Part shown: positions 1 through 10,364 of the stretch, piece by piece
Layout: each line of letters begins with the position of its first letter
Numbering within the stretch: the first letter of the stretch is position 1
Assembly (NCBI RefSeq): GCF_006345805.1
Contig: NW_021829916.1
Span: 1 to 35,130, forward strand
DNA: 35,130 nucleotides
Source of the DNA: Octopus sinensis
Taxonomy: Eukaryota
Direction: 5' to 3'
Notes under the pieces: model-generated
Told to the model about the DNA's origin: nothing
The model's database searches: none
What the model saw: only the letters and a program-made list of their open reading frames with translations
Made by a program: the position numbers and the translations under genes

Positions 1-2
1 AT

Positions 3-35
<33 letters not shown>

Positions 36-146
36 TATATTATATTTATATAATATATCTATATAGTTATATACAAACGTGTTACGTGTAAGAAAGAACG
101 GTGGTGAAGCCGAAAGTGAGTTAGGTGTGTACGTGAGCGTGTGTGG

Positions 147-190
<44 letters not shown>

Positions 191-302
191 AGCGTGTGTG
201 CGTGTATGTGTGTGTGTGTGTGCGTGTGTGTGTGTGTGTGAGCGTGTGTGCGTGTGTGCGTGTATGTGTGTGTGTGTATGCGTGTGTGTGTGTGTGTGTG
301 TG
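1..302. repeat. (TA)n and (TG)n microsatellites
   Basis: Direct reading: (TA)n at 1-60 and (TG)n at about 140-302. Explains the poly-HT and poly-CV ORFs. Confidence 0.95.
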
Positions 303-554
303 TAGCCTAACACCCGTATTCTGGTTTAGAATAGACGTGATGAAATCGAGAGTAGTGAGAAAACCCACGAATAAAAGTTTTATGTTGCCCCCAACAGCTA
401 TGAAACTGATTTAGCAAATATGATGGTGCGGGGCAGTGACAGCTATGTTTTTCCTCTGTCAGCCCACGGAGTCAATATAAAAGCAGTTCGACGGTGCTGT
501 TTATACAGATGATTGTATCGAAGAAACTTTTAAGTTCCTGGGAGAGAAAGTATT

Positions 555-1141
555 CTTTTCTGCTCTAGGCTCAAGCCCCGAAATGTTAGGGTCGGGGGGG
601 GGGGGGCAGTCGATTAGATCAACCCCAGTACGCAACTGGTACTTAATTTATCGACCCCGAAAGGATGAAAGGCAAAGTCGACTTCGGCGGAAGTTGAACT
701 CAGAACGTAAAGACAGAGGAAATACCTATTTCTTTACTACCCACAAGGGGCTAAACATAGAGGGGACAAACAAGGACAGAAAAACGGATTAAGTCGATTA
801 TATCGACCCCAGTGCGAAACTGGTACTTAATTTATCGAGCCCGAAAGGATGAAAGGCAAAGTCGACCTCGGTGGAATTTGAACTCAGAACGTAACGGCAG
901 ACGAAATACCTATTTCTTTACTACCCACAAGGAGCTAAACACAGAGAGGACAAACAAAGACAGACAAACGGATTAAGTCGACTATATCGACCCCAGTGCG
1001 TAACTGGAAGATATTTAATCGATCTCGAAAGGATGAAAGGGAAAGTCGATCTAGGCGGAATTTGAACTCAGAACGTAGCGGCAGACGAAATACTGCTAAG
1101 TATTTCGCCAGGCGTGCTAACGTTTCTGCCTGCTCACCGCC
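555..1141 (-). mobile_element. SINE family A trimer (head-core-tailA-core-tailA-core-tailB), 184-bp internal period
   Basis: Minus strand starts GGCGGTGAGCAGGCAGAAACGTTAGCAC (Pol III A-box-like) and has GAGTTCAAATTCC (B-box-like). The motif AATAC recurs at 721, 905 and 1089. Matches other copies in the window (10889, 12989, 29257). Confidence 0.9.
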
Positions 1142-1455
1142 TTCTGGGAGACAAAGTATTATGACTCAATTCTTTGCAGCAAAGACGAGAGAGATATGCG
1201 GTGTTACACGCCTGGAAGATTCTAGAGGGGCTGGTGCCAATCTTTGGCATCGTGAGTTATAGCAGCTCTGGAACAGGACGTTACTACACTGTTCCAAACT
1301 AACCACCTATCGCCTCAGCCGTAAGGATTAAATACAGAATAGTATGAGATTCAAAGGCCCGCAGCTATTTAATATCCTGCCAGGTGTTGCCGTAGATATT
1401 TTCATCAATCGCCTTCGAAGCTCGAAGTTCAGCTGTCGAAGATTCCAGATGAACA
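1142..1455 (+). mobile_element. Degenerate 3' ORF2 relic of a CR1/L2-like LINE
   Basis: Manual translation gives NSLQQRRERYAVLHAWKILEGLVPIFGI and then FKGPQLFNILP, homologous to the intact fragment at 18061-18520. Frameshifts and stops are present. Confidence 0.8.
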
Positions 1456-1456
1456 T

Positions 1457-1560
1457 ATACCACAGCAAAAAGACTCTTGCCCAAGGTGCCACGCAGTAGG
1501 GCTGAAACCGGAACCGTGAGGTTGGGAATCAAGCTTCTTACCACACTGTCCCGCCCGCAT
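1457..1560 (-). mobile_element. SINE family B head fragment (tRNA-like head plus CCTTGGGCAAG core)
   Basis: Reverse complement reads TGTGGTAAGAAGCTT...GGTTCCGGTTTCAGCCCTACTGCGTGGCACCTTGGGCAAG, matching the copies at 3796 and 6124. Confidence 0.85.
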
Positions 1561-1580
1561 CATATATATGTATTGCTTTA

Positions 1581-1755
1581 TTCTTTTACATGTTTCAGTT
1601 ACTTGACTGCAGCCATACTGGAGCACTGCTTTGAAGGTTTTTTTTTTAGTCAGTAAATCAACCCCAGGACGTATTTTTTAAAGCCCACTGAGTTACGGAG
1701 ACGTAAGCACACCAGCACCGGTTTGTCGACACGCGCGCGCACACACACACACACA

Positions 1756-1808
<53 letters not shown>

Positions 1809-1947
1809 GACGAGCTTCTTTCAGTCTCTGTCTACCAAATCCACTCACAGGGCTTGGTCGGCCCGAAGCTATAGTAGATGACGCCACGTAATGGGACTGA
1901 ATCCGGAACCATGTGGTTGGTAAGCAAGCCTCTTACTACACAGCGAA

Positions 1948-1949
<2 letters not shown>
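1581..1949 (-). mobile_element. Near full-length composite SINE B: head, internal (TA)n(TG)n microsatellite, 3' tail
   Basis: Head at 1807-1949, microsatellite at about 1735-1806, and tail at 1581-1735 ending (minus strand) GCTCCAGTATGGCTGCAGTCAAGTAACTGAAACATGTAAAAGAA. Confidence 0.8.
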
Positions 1950-1985
<36 letters not shown>

Positions 1986-2122
1986 TATATATAAGTGTGT
2001 GTGAGAGTGTGTGTGCGCGCGTATATATATATATATGTATGTGTGTTTGTTTGTACCACACCACCACATATATATTACTACTTGATATCCTGTTGCTTAT
2101 TTTGATTTTATGTGTGTGTGTA

Positions 2123-2153
<31 letters not shown>

Positions 2154-2156
2154 GTG

Positions 2157-2194
<38 letters not shown>

Positions 2195-2506
2195 ATAATG
2201 AAAAGCATGCAAACACAGACATTGTGTATATATATTCGTTTGTGCCTTTACATATTCGTATATCACTTTAATGCATTTGCCAGTGTATATAAGCTTGTGC
2301 GACACACAATCGTCTGATATTCTAATCCAATCATTGCAAATATTTATATATCGTACGATATGAAGTGACATGTCTATTAGTTCTTCCGGTTCGAGTTCCA
2401 CCAGTCACTCTGTCTTCCATTTTTTATTTTGATCGTCTTTAGTTCTTGCTCGTTCACCTTATCTCACGCAATCAGTCTCTTTCTCTCCGTCTGTCACACT
2501 CACTTC

Positions 2507-2592
<86 letters not shown>

Positions 2593-2685
2593 TTAACCAT
2601 CTACACATTCACACACATGTATGTATGTATGTATGTATGTATGTATGTATGTATGTATGTATGTATGTATGTATGTATTTAAGAT

Positions 2686-2775
2686 AAGTTAGTTAAGTTA
2701 AGTTAATTTTTTGGCACAAAAAGCAAAAAGCAAGGCCATGTAGGGGGACATGGAGTTATGTACAGGGTGGTATAG
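2686..2775 (-). mobile_element. Probable 5'-truncated retroelement 3' end with a (TTAAC)n tail
   Basis: Minus strand CATGTCCCCCTACATGGCCTTGCTTTTTGCTTTTTGTGCCAAAAAATTAACTTAACTTAACT ends in a simple pentamer tail typical of LINE ends. Only one copy in the window. Confidence 0.4.
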
Positions 2776-2884
2776 CTTTCTGTCACTCTGTCTGTCTATT
2801 TACCCATCTATCTGTCTCTCTGTCTATCCATGAATAGTCATTTATCTATATCTCCGTTTTTCTTTATCTATCTATCTATCTATC

Positions 2885-2921
<37 letters not shown>

Positions 2922-2943
2922 ATCTATCTATCTATCTATCTAA

Positions 2944-3120
2944 CCACATGTGAATCGTTGGCGATTTTCTCCCTCCGTCTTCCTTTTCTTTTGGATTTTC
3001 CTCTGTTTCTTAAGAAGAGCGTTGCTCGAAACGTTAAACCACATTTCTTTCCTTCCCCGAGCATCTGCTAATACTTTATATTTACCACGTCCTCACGTTG
3101 TCGGTTTTTTGTGTGTGTTT
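2944..3120 (+). mobile_element. Penelope-like element terminal fragment
   Basis: Carries the minimal type I hammerhead motif characteristic of Penelope terminal repeats (3005-3039). Flanked by (ATCT)n. Confidence 0.55.
3005..3039 (+). ncRNA. Minimal type I hammerhead ribozyme motif, core mutated (CUUAAGA instead of CUGAAGA)
   Basis: GTTT (stem I) - CTTAAGA - A - GAGC GTT GCTC (stem II) - GAAAC GTT - AAAC (stem I partner). Stem I has 4 bp and stem II has 4 bp, with the palindromic ACGT stem III. Confidence 0.6.
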
Positions 3121-3387
3121 GTTCAGCATTTTGGGGGATTAATGTATTTATATACATATATAGCATTCGGTCACTCTGTCTGTTTATTTGCTTGTCTGTC
3201 TGTCTGTCTGTGTATCTCTCTGTCTGTCTATTTTTCTATCTATCTATCCATCGATTTCTCTATTTATCCATCTATCTGTTTGTCTATTTATCTATCTGTC
3301 TACCTGTCTAACCCTCTGTCTATGTCTCCATCCATCCATCCATTCATCCATCCATTCATCCATCCATTCATCCATCCATTCATCCAA

Positions 3388-3482
<95 letters not shown>

Positions 3483-3795
3483 CCTACCTATTTAACTATC
3501 TAACTATCCATCTATCTATATATCTAGTTACTTATTTACCTGTCTATCTATCTTTCACTTTCCTCCCTCATCACTCGTATTGTATCCGTCCCCAAAGTTC
3601 CTGTAATAACTACTATACATTATCCATTCCTTCTTCCCCAAGAGCTTCGTCCTTCGGGAATCCCTCCTTATTCATTTCTCCCGTTGTGTTGATCTGCAAC
3701 TTTCAAAGGCAACGTTAACCTAAGGGTCTAGAGAATATCGTGAAGTGCAGCCCTGTACGTTATACCAAACCAAAGAATTATAAAAATAAACACTT

Positions 3796-3946
3796 TGTGG
3801 TAAGAAACTTGCTTACCAACCACATGGTTCCGGATTCAATCCCACTGCGTGGTACCTTGGACAAGTGTTTTCTGCTATAGCCTCCGGCTGGCCAAAAGCT
3901 TTGTGAGTGGATTTGATTGACGGAAACCGAAAGAAGCCTGTCGTAT
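3796..3946 (+). mobile_element. SINE B head and body followed by degenerate (GTG)/(GAT) triplet repeats
   Basis: TGTGGTAAGAAACTTGCTTACCAACCACATGGTTCCGGATTCAATCCCACTGCGTGGTACCTTGGACAAG...GAAAGAAGCCTGTCGTAT. Confidence 0.85.
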
Positions 3947-4269
3947 GATGGTGATTGTGGTGGTGAAGTTGCTCATGGTGGTGGTGTTGACGATATTGGT
4001 GATCGTGTAGTGGTGGTGGTGGTGGTGGTGATGCTAGCAGTCTTGATGGTTGTCGAGGAGGTAGCGGTGGTGCTGGAGATGTGGCAGTGGTGATGCAAGT
4101 GGTTTTGATGGTAGAAGTGGTAATGGTGATAGTCTGGTGATGGTGGTGTAACTGATGATGTTGGCGGTGATGATGTAAGTAACCTTGATGGTGGCGAGGT
4201 AGCGTTGTTGTTGTTGTTGTTGTTGTCGATGGTGGTGGTGGTGGTTATATATATCCTCGCTTTTTTCTT

Positions 4270-4426
4270 TATCTCGTTCTCGTTTCAGTCATCAGACTGC
4301 GGCCATGCTGAAGAATTTCAGTCAAACGAATCGACTCACGCCATTAGTTTAATTTACGGGGACATAAGCGTACTAAAACCGGTTATCAACCGATAGTGGG
4401 GGACAGCTAAAATAAAAATACACACA

Positions 4427-4432
<6 letters not shown>
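4270..4432 (-). mobile_element. SINE B 3' tail
   Basis: Matches the tail at 1581-1735 and adjoins a (CA)n(TA)n tract. Confidence 0.75.
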
Positions 4433-4513
<81 letters not shown>

Positions 4514-4567
4514 TATATATATATGCATGTATATATGTATGCATGTATGTATGCATGTATATATTAT

Positions 4568-5124
4568 GGTCAGGTCATTTTCGAGTGCTACTGGTAACAT
4601 GTAACCCAGTACAACTTGTTGCATGGTCGGGTCGTCGACGACTAAACCGGCAACCCCATCAAGCTTGCTTTGTGAGGAGGATGTTTACTGGACACCCTGC
4701 GGGATGAAAAACAAAACCCGTCAAAGGGCGGAGGAACTCTTGAGAGTCAACGGCCATCCAATAAATGTCTTAAGGCTGTATCATGCGCGGGGACATAGAA
4801 ATAATCGGACTGAATACCCGATCGCGCGGTTAAACCATTGGGAGTGAAGGACTCTTAGCCTTTGTTAGGGCATCCTTCTAGGAGAAGGTAACTCAGGTAA
4901 CTGAGATAACTCTGACATAAAACCTGCGGCTCAGTGGTTACCGATGATGTTGACTTGTTCTTCTTCTTTTCGGATTATGGCTGCTGTTGCTTAGTGAGTG
5001 GGATTGACTCAGTGCACAGCCTTTCCTCACTTAAAAAAAAATCTTCTTGCACAGGCATTGCACGATAACAACATTGATTAAGCTTCGTGCAATTGCCATA
5101 CTCGATAACGAGGGGGCAGCCACC
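4568..5124 (+). mobile_element. Non-coding element resembling an RTE-clade LINE 5' region
   Basis: GC-richer island with GGCATCCTTCTAGGAGAAGGTAACTC, which resembles the TCTAGGAGAAGG(A/T)AACTC motif I recall from RTE 5' UTRs. No recognisable protein. Confidence 0.45.
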
Positions 5125-5179
5125 ATGCATGTATATATGTATGTTTATATGTGTGTGTGTATGTATGCATATATGTATG

Positions 5180-5213
<34 letters not shown>

Positions 5214-5289
5214 TGTATGTATTATGTATGTATGTATGTATGTATGTTTATATGTGTGTATGTATGTATGTATGGTATGTATGTATGTG

Positions 5290-5478
5290 TGTATGGGTGT
5301 GTCTTTGTATTTTAGTTGTCCCCCACTATCGGTTGACAACCGGTGTTAGTGTGCTTATGTACCAGGTTTTAAAAACCTAAATAAATACTGGGGTTGGTTC
5401 ATTCGACTGAAAATTCTTCAAGGCTGTGCCCCAGTATGGCCGCAATCTAATGACTGGGGCATGCAAAAGCTAAAAGAT
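5290..5478 (+). mobile_element. SINE B 3' tail
   Basis: GTCCCCCACTATCGGTTGACAACCGG...AAGGCTGTGCCCCAGTATGGCCGCAATCTAATGACTG, preceded by (TATG)n. Confidence 0.8.
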
Positions 5479-6123
5479 ATATAAATAAAATATATTGTTT
5501 TAAAGCATGCTAGACGTATGATTTGTATATTTGGTTTGTGATGAAGTTACTAAAAAAAAGCCGTGATGGTCACGGTTGGAATTCTTTGTCATACGTCATC
5601 TTGGAAAGAGTTCAACCGGAACTAAACATAGTAAAAAGACAGTAAAAGCAATTGCAAAGATTGACGCTGCTAACATCAATAACAATAGCAGCAATAACAG
5701 GGACAACTAGACAAAGAACAATAACAAAAAAAGAATAACAACTAACGCAGACAACAACAACAACAACAACAAAAGCAGGTGTAACAATATTTACACAACA
5801 AGGTCCATGTAAGACGCGCATCCTTTACGTCATAGATTTGAGAGCACTGATATCCATGACGCCATCACAACACAACCGCGACGTCCAGTTTTCATTTTTA
5901 ATCAAGAGAAATTGAATAACAACGGAAGCAACGACAAAACAACTTCAGCAGCAGCAACAACAACAACAACAACGGGTGCAATGAAAACAGAGGTAATGAC
6001 AAGAACAATAAAAAAAAAAGCTAAGATATTTTATAAACAGAGCAGTAGTAATAATAGAGGCAACAATAACAAACTAAATGAAAACCGCGAGAAAATACCT
6101 CAACGTCAACAAGGAAAGCAAAC

Positions 6124-6505
6124 AGGCGTGGCTGTGATGTAAAAAGCTTGCTTTCTAAGCACATGGTTCCGGATTCAGCCCCATGGCGTGGCGCCTTGGG
6201 CAAGTGTTTCCACTTTAGCCTCGAATCGACTAAAGACTGTGAGTGGATTTGCTAGACGGAAACTAAAAAAAACCCCGTCGTATTGCTTCCCAACCACATA
6301 GTTCCGAGTTCGGTCCCACTGTGTGGCACCTTGGCCAAATATCTTTTACTATAGCTTCGAGCCGATGAAAGCCTTGTGAGTGGATTTGGTAGACGAAGGC
6401 TGAAAGAAGCCCGCCCTATATGTATTGCCCAAGGTGCCACAAAGGGGGACTTAACCCGGATCCATGTGGTTGGTAAGCAAGCTACTCACCACACCAGAAA
6501 TATAA
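6124..6505. mobile_element. Cluster of three SINE B heads: 6124-6282 (+), 6284-6423 (+), 6425-6505 (-)
   Basis: Each matches the GCTTCCCAACCACATGGTTCC...GGCACCTTGGGCAAG pattern. The third is inverted. Confidence 0.85.
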
Positions 6506-6689
6506 TCCAGAATCCTTGTCCGGTACCTGATCGATCCCAAAATCTAATCAGTTCGTGCTACTCCTTTGAAATCCGAATTACCATTGAAATCCGAATTAAG
6601 AGTCAGAACACTCACCGCCAAACATTAATCCGATGCTTTAACGTTTCTATTAGTGAGCCGCATTTGCAACAATAATCATAACGACTTCT

Positions 6690-6896
6690 GCTTTGGGGCG
6701 CAAAGCCAGTAATTTAGAGAGAAGAGAGACTAGTCGATACCATAAATCCCAGAACTTGACTGATACTTTATTTTATCGACCCCGAAAAGAATGAAAGGCA
6801 GGATTTAAGCTCAAGACATAAAGAATTGGGAAAAGAAAGAAATACCGTTAACATTCTCCTTGTAAATGCTACCGATTATGCCAGCAGCACAACGTC
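6690..6896 (-). mobile_element. Degenerate SINE A (tail B type)
   Basis: Contains CTGATACTTTATTTTATCGACCCCGAAAAGAATGAAAGGCA. Confidence 0.7.
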
Positions 6897-6914
6897 TTAA
6901 TAACAGTAATAATG

Positions 6915-7121
6915 GATTTCAAAATTATGATGCAGGACCAGCAATTTTCAATGAAGTGGGGTTGTCAATTACATCGACCCCAGTTCTTAATTGGTACGTA
7001 TTTTATCTCCCCCGAAAGGATGAAAGGCAAAATTGACTTCGGTGGAATTTGAACGTAAAGACAGATGAAATGCCTCTAGATATCTTCACTGGCGTGCTTA
7101 ACGATTCTACCAGCACGCCGC
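6915..7121 (-). mobile_element. SINE A (tail B type)
   Basis: CATCGACCCCAG...CCCGAAAGGATGAAAGGCAAAATTGACTTCGGTGGAATTTGAAC...CAGCACGCCGC. Confidence 0.8.
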
Positions 7122-7139
7122 TTTAGTAACAAAAATAGT

Positions 7140-7898
7140 AATCCTATAATGGCTCAACGCCTGAAATTTGGGGTGGAAAGATAGTCGATTACATCGACCA
7201 TAGTATTCAACTGATACTTTTTTTAAATATATCTATTGGGTTGTCCGGAAAGTTCGTGCCGATTTTTAAAGGAAAGAAAAAGGTCAATAAATACTTGCCA
7301 TTGCATTTTTAATTAACCAAATATGAACCATTTTGTTGCACAATGCGTCTCTATCTTCCCTTTAACTTGAAAATACCCTCTTCCCAGAATTGAGGTGGTT
7401 TCATGACAAAGAATTCATCAAGGTATATTTTTACCATTAAGACTATTCTGCAGAGGCCTGAATAAGTGGAAATCCGAAGGAGCAATATCTGGTGAATATG
7501 GAGGGTGGGGGCAACGCATCCCAGCTGAGCTGCAGCAATTTTTGTCTGGTTCCAAAAACATCAAGTGCCGAAAATAAACTTTCTTATCTTCCATCTTAAA
7601 GGGTTACAGAATTAACACAGGTTGTAGGAACATAAATCTTCTTCCACGAAAATATAGCTTAAACTGTGCTCTAAATGGCGGTGTAGTCAAATCTATTTTA
7701 TGGACTTAACCATGCTCTAAAATAAGTCGAAAGGTAAGCTACTATAAATCGGCACGAACTTTCCTGACAACCCAATATTATAAACGGAAGGCAGACGAAG
7801 TCACCCTCGATGGATTTTGAACACAGTATTTTAAGAGCCTGAAGAAATGCCGCTAAGCATTTCGTCCGGTGTGTTACTAATTCTGCCAGCTTGCCGCC
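7140..7898 (-). mobile_element. SINE A split by a mariner derivative
   Basis: The tail and core half lies at 7140-7233 and the head half at 7778-7898. The two halves are collinear with the family consensus. Confidence 0.7.
7236..7775 (-). mobile_element. Internally deleted mariner (540 bp)
   Basis: 30-bp TIRs TTGGGTTGTC(C/A)GGAAAGTTCGTGCCGATTT match at 29/30, with TA on both sides (7234-35, 7776-77). The minus strand retains HPPYSPDIAPSDFHLFR (one frameshift just upstream). Confidence 0.92.
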
Positions 7899-7929
7899 CT
7901 AATAACAACAACCACAACAATAATAATAG

Positions 7930-8133
7930 TTTCAAATTTTGCCGCAAGGGCAGCAGATTTGGGGAGAGGGGATGAGTCGATTACCAGTCTTTCACTGGTA
8001 CTTAATTTATCAACCCCGAAAGGATGAAAGGCAAAGTCGACCACGGTGCAATTTGAACTCAAAATGTGAATACGGGCAAAAATGCCGCTAAGCATTTAGG
8101 CCAACATGCTAACTATTTCACCTGCTCGTCACC
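7930..8133 (-). mobile_element. SINE A (tail B type)
   Basis: CTGGTACTTAATTTATCAACCCCGAAAGGATGAAAGGCAAAGTCGACC...GCTCGTCACC, with (AAT)n on both sides. Confidence 0.85.
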
Positions 8134-8177
8134 TTAATAATAATAATAATAATAATAATAATGATGATGATGATAAT

Positions 8178-8257
<80 letters not shown>

Positions 8258-8259
<2 letters not shown>

Positions 8260-8813
8260 GCCCTGATGCAGTACCAGGCAGTGGCTCTCATGGCTTCTGA
8301 TCTTAACTGATTGGAAGTGTTATCATGTACATTGTTTTGTCTTGGTATAAAAGATGGGCTACAGCAAATATTCTGCTCAATACCACAGATTTGCTTGTCA
8401 GTTGTTTGACCTTAACCAGTTGAGCATGTCCCTTAGTGGCTGACGATATGTGCATCTCTGATCACAAGCAGAAGTAGTGGGGGAGCATCATAGCCATGTG
8501 TTGAGAGGGATTCTTTGGGGTTTGAATAGTTCACCTCTGGAAACATGGGTGGTTCTTTCAACATCCTTAAACAACCCTTATTCAGGGACCTTTTGAGCGG
8601 TATGGGTTACTCGATCTGAAGAAAATTCTAACTGGGCTCCACCTGCAAGGTCATGTGGTGTTTATCTTGATATGAGATCACCATGTCGCGCACATATGGT
8701 TGTGATGCATGTGCCTGGTGTACCCTTATCAGACGGGTAGTCATGATGGGTATACTGGGCTTCGTATATTTTACCCCAGTGTCACTTCGATGGCATGCTC
8801 TGCTCGCTCACTC
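8258..8813 (-). mobile_element. 556-bp non-coding element embedded in (AAT)n; probable non-autonomous retroelement
   Basis: Sharp-edged complex-sequence island between (AAT/AAC)n tracts (8134-8257 and 8814-9056). Internal segments (CATCACAACCATATGTG, GACCTTGCAGGT) recur at 28980-29083, so it is a dispersed repeat. Confidence 0.65.
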
Positions 8814-8838
8814 AATAATAATAATAATGATAATAATA

Positions 8839-8879
<41 letters not shown>

Positions 8880-8907
8880 CAACAACAACAACAATAATAA
8901 TAATAAT

Positions 8908-8974
<67 letters not shown>

Positions 8975-9018
8975 TGATGATGATGATGAGGAGGAGGAGG
9001 ATAATAAGGATGATGATG

Positions 9019-9056
<38 letters not shown>

Positions 9057-9239
9057 CCTTTCTATTATAGACACAAGGGCTGAAAATTTTGCTGTATTCA
9101 GCTGGTACTTATTTTATCGACCCCGAAAGGATAAAAGGCAAAGTCGACCTCGGCGGAATTTGAACTCAGAATGTGAATACGAACGAACTGCCGCTAAGCA
9201 TTTTGCCCTGTGTGCTATCGATTCTGCCAGCTCGCCGCC
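9057..9239 (-). mobile_element. SINE A (tail B type)
   Basis: CTGGTACTTATTTTATCGACCCCGAAAGG...GATTCTGCCAGCTCGCCGCC. Confidence 0.88.
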
Positions 9240-9299
9240 TAATGTTTCCTTCCTGTAGAAAGTATGAAAGGAAAAGAAGAAAAATCAGCAGCGGTAACA

Positions 9300-9908
9300 G
9301 AACAACTACCATCAACAACACCATTACCGTTATAATCACCACCACCACCACCACCACAACACCACACCACCACCACCACCACCACCACCACCACCGCCAC
9401 CACCACCACCACCACCACCACCACCACCACCACCACCACCATTGCCACCACCACAAACACTACCACCACCACCACCACCACCACCACCACCACCACCGCC
9501 ACCACCATAAACACCACCATCACCACCACCAACTCCACTACCACTGCTTCCACTCACTGCCACTACAATCAAAATCACTTACCTTCCCACCATACTCACC
9601 CTTACCACTATCATCAAGGCCACTTGCCTCACCACCACCACCACCACCATTACAAGCACCATCGTTATCAGTAAGAAACAAAACGGGAAACGCCACGAAG
9701 AACTTTGGCAACAACAACAACATCATCATCACCACCATCATCATCGTCATCATCATCATCATCTCCATCATCATCGCCATCATCATCGTCATCGTTATCG
9801 TCAACCTCCCATCACTAACGGCAGCAACATAAACAGCAGCAGGAGTAACGTCAACAGTAATAACAACATCTAGCACAAGTAGCAGCAGCAGCAGCAGCAG
9901 CAGTAGTA

Positions 9909-9946
<38 letters not shown>

Positions 9947-10030
9947 TGGTGTCGCCAACACCACCATCATAGTAACGGCCACCACCAATACCATCATCAA
10001 CATCACCAATATCAACCTTGTAACTCCCCA
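9300..10030. repeat. Compound triplet microsatellite (CAC)n/(CAT)n/(CAG)n/(GTA)n
   Basis: Direct reading. Source of the poly-H, poly-W, poly-V and poly-G ORFs. Confidence 0.9.
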
Positions 10031-10364
10031 CACCTCACCCCACCCCCATAATGGGCAACTGCTCTGCCATTAAAGGTAAATAAGTAACATCTTATTGCGA
10101 TATAAACTAATGCAAAGGGCCACATATTCGATGCTATAACAAAGAACAAACTGTACACGATTATAGGGGCAATACTGAGGGTGGGAGTTCGTGTCGTCGC
10201 CGCACGAACTACTGCTGCCTTTTGGCTTTGTACGTAACCCACGCCCACTCGGCATCGAGTTACCTTCCGTCGCTCAGTTTACCAAAGTTCTCTTTAGCCG
10301 AATCCCTTCTATTGCAAGAACACGGGACAGGTGTCCGATTCGAGAAGGCATGGATCTCAGCGTT

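Noticed and set aside
594-606. Poly-G run (possible G-quadruplex)
   Set aside because: It is an expansion of the C-run in SINE tail B, and homopolymer length is also error-prone in assemblies.
555-1141. Regularly spaced repeats suggesting a CRISPR-like or retrozyme array
   Set aside because: The units are full 184-bp SINE segments with no unique spacers, and no CUGANGA/GAAA hammerhead core is present on either strand.
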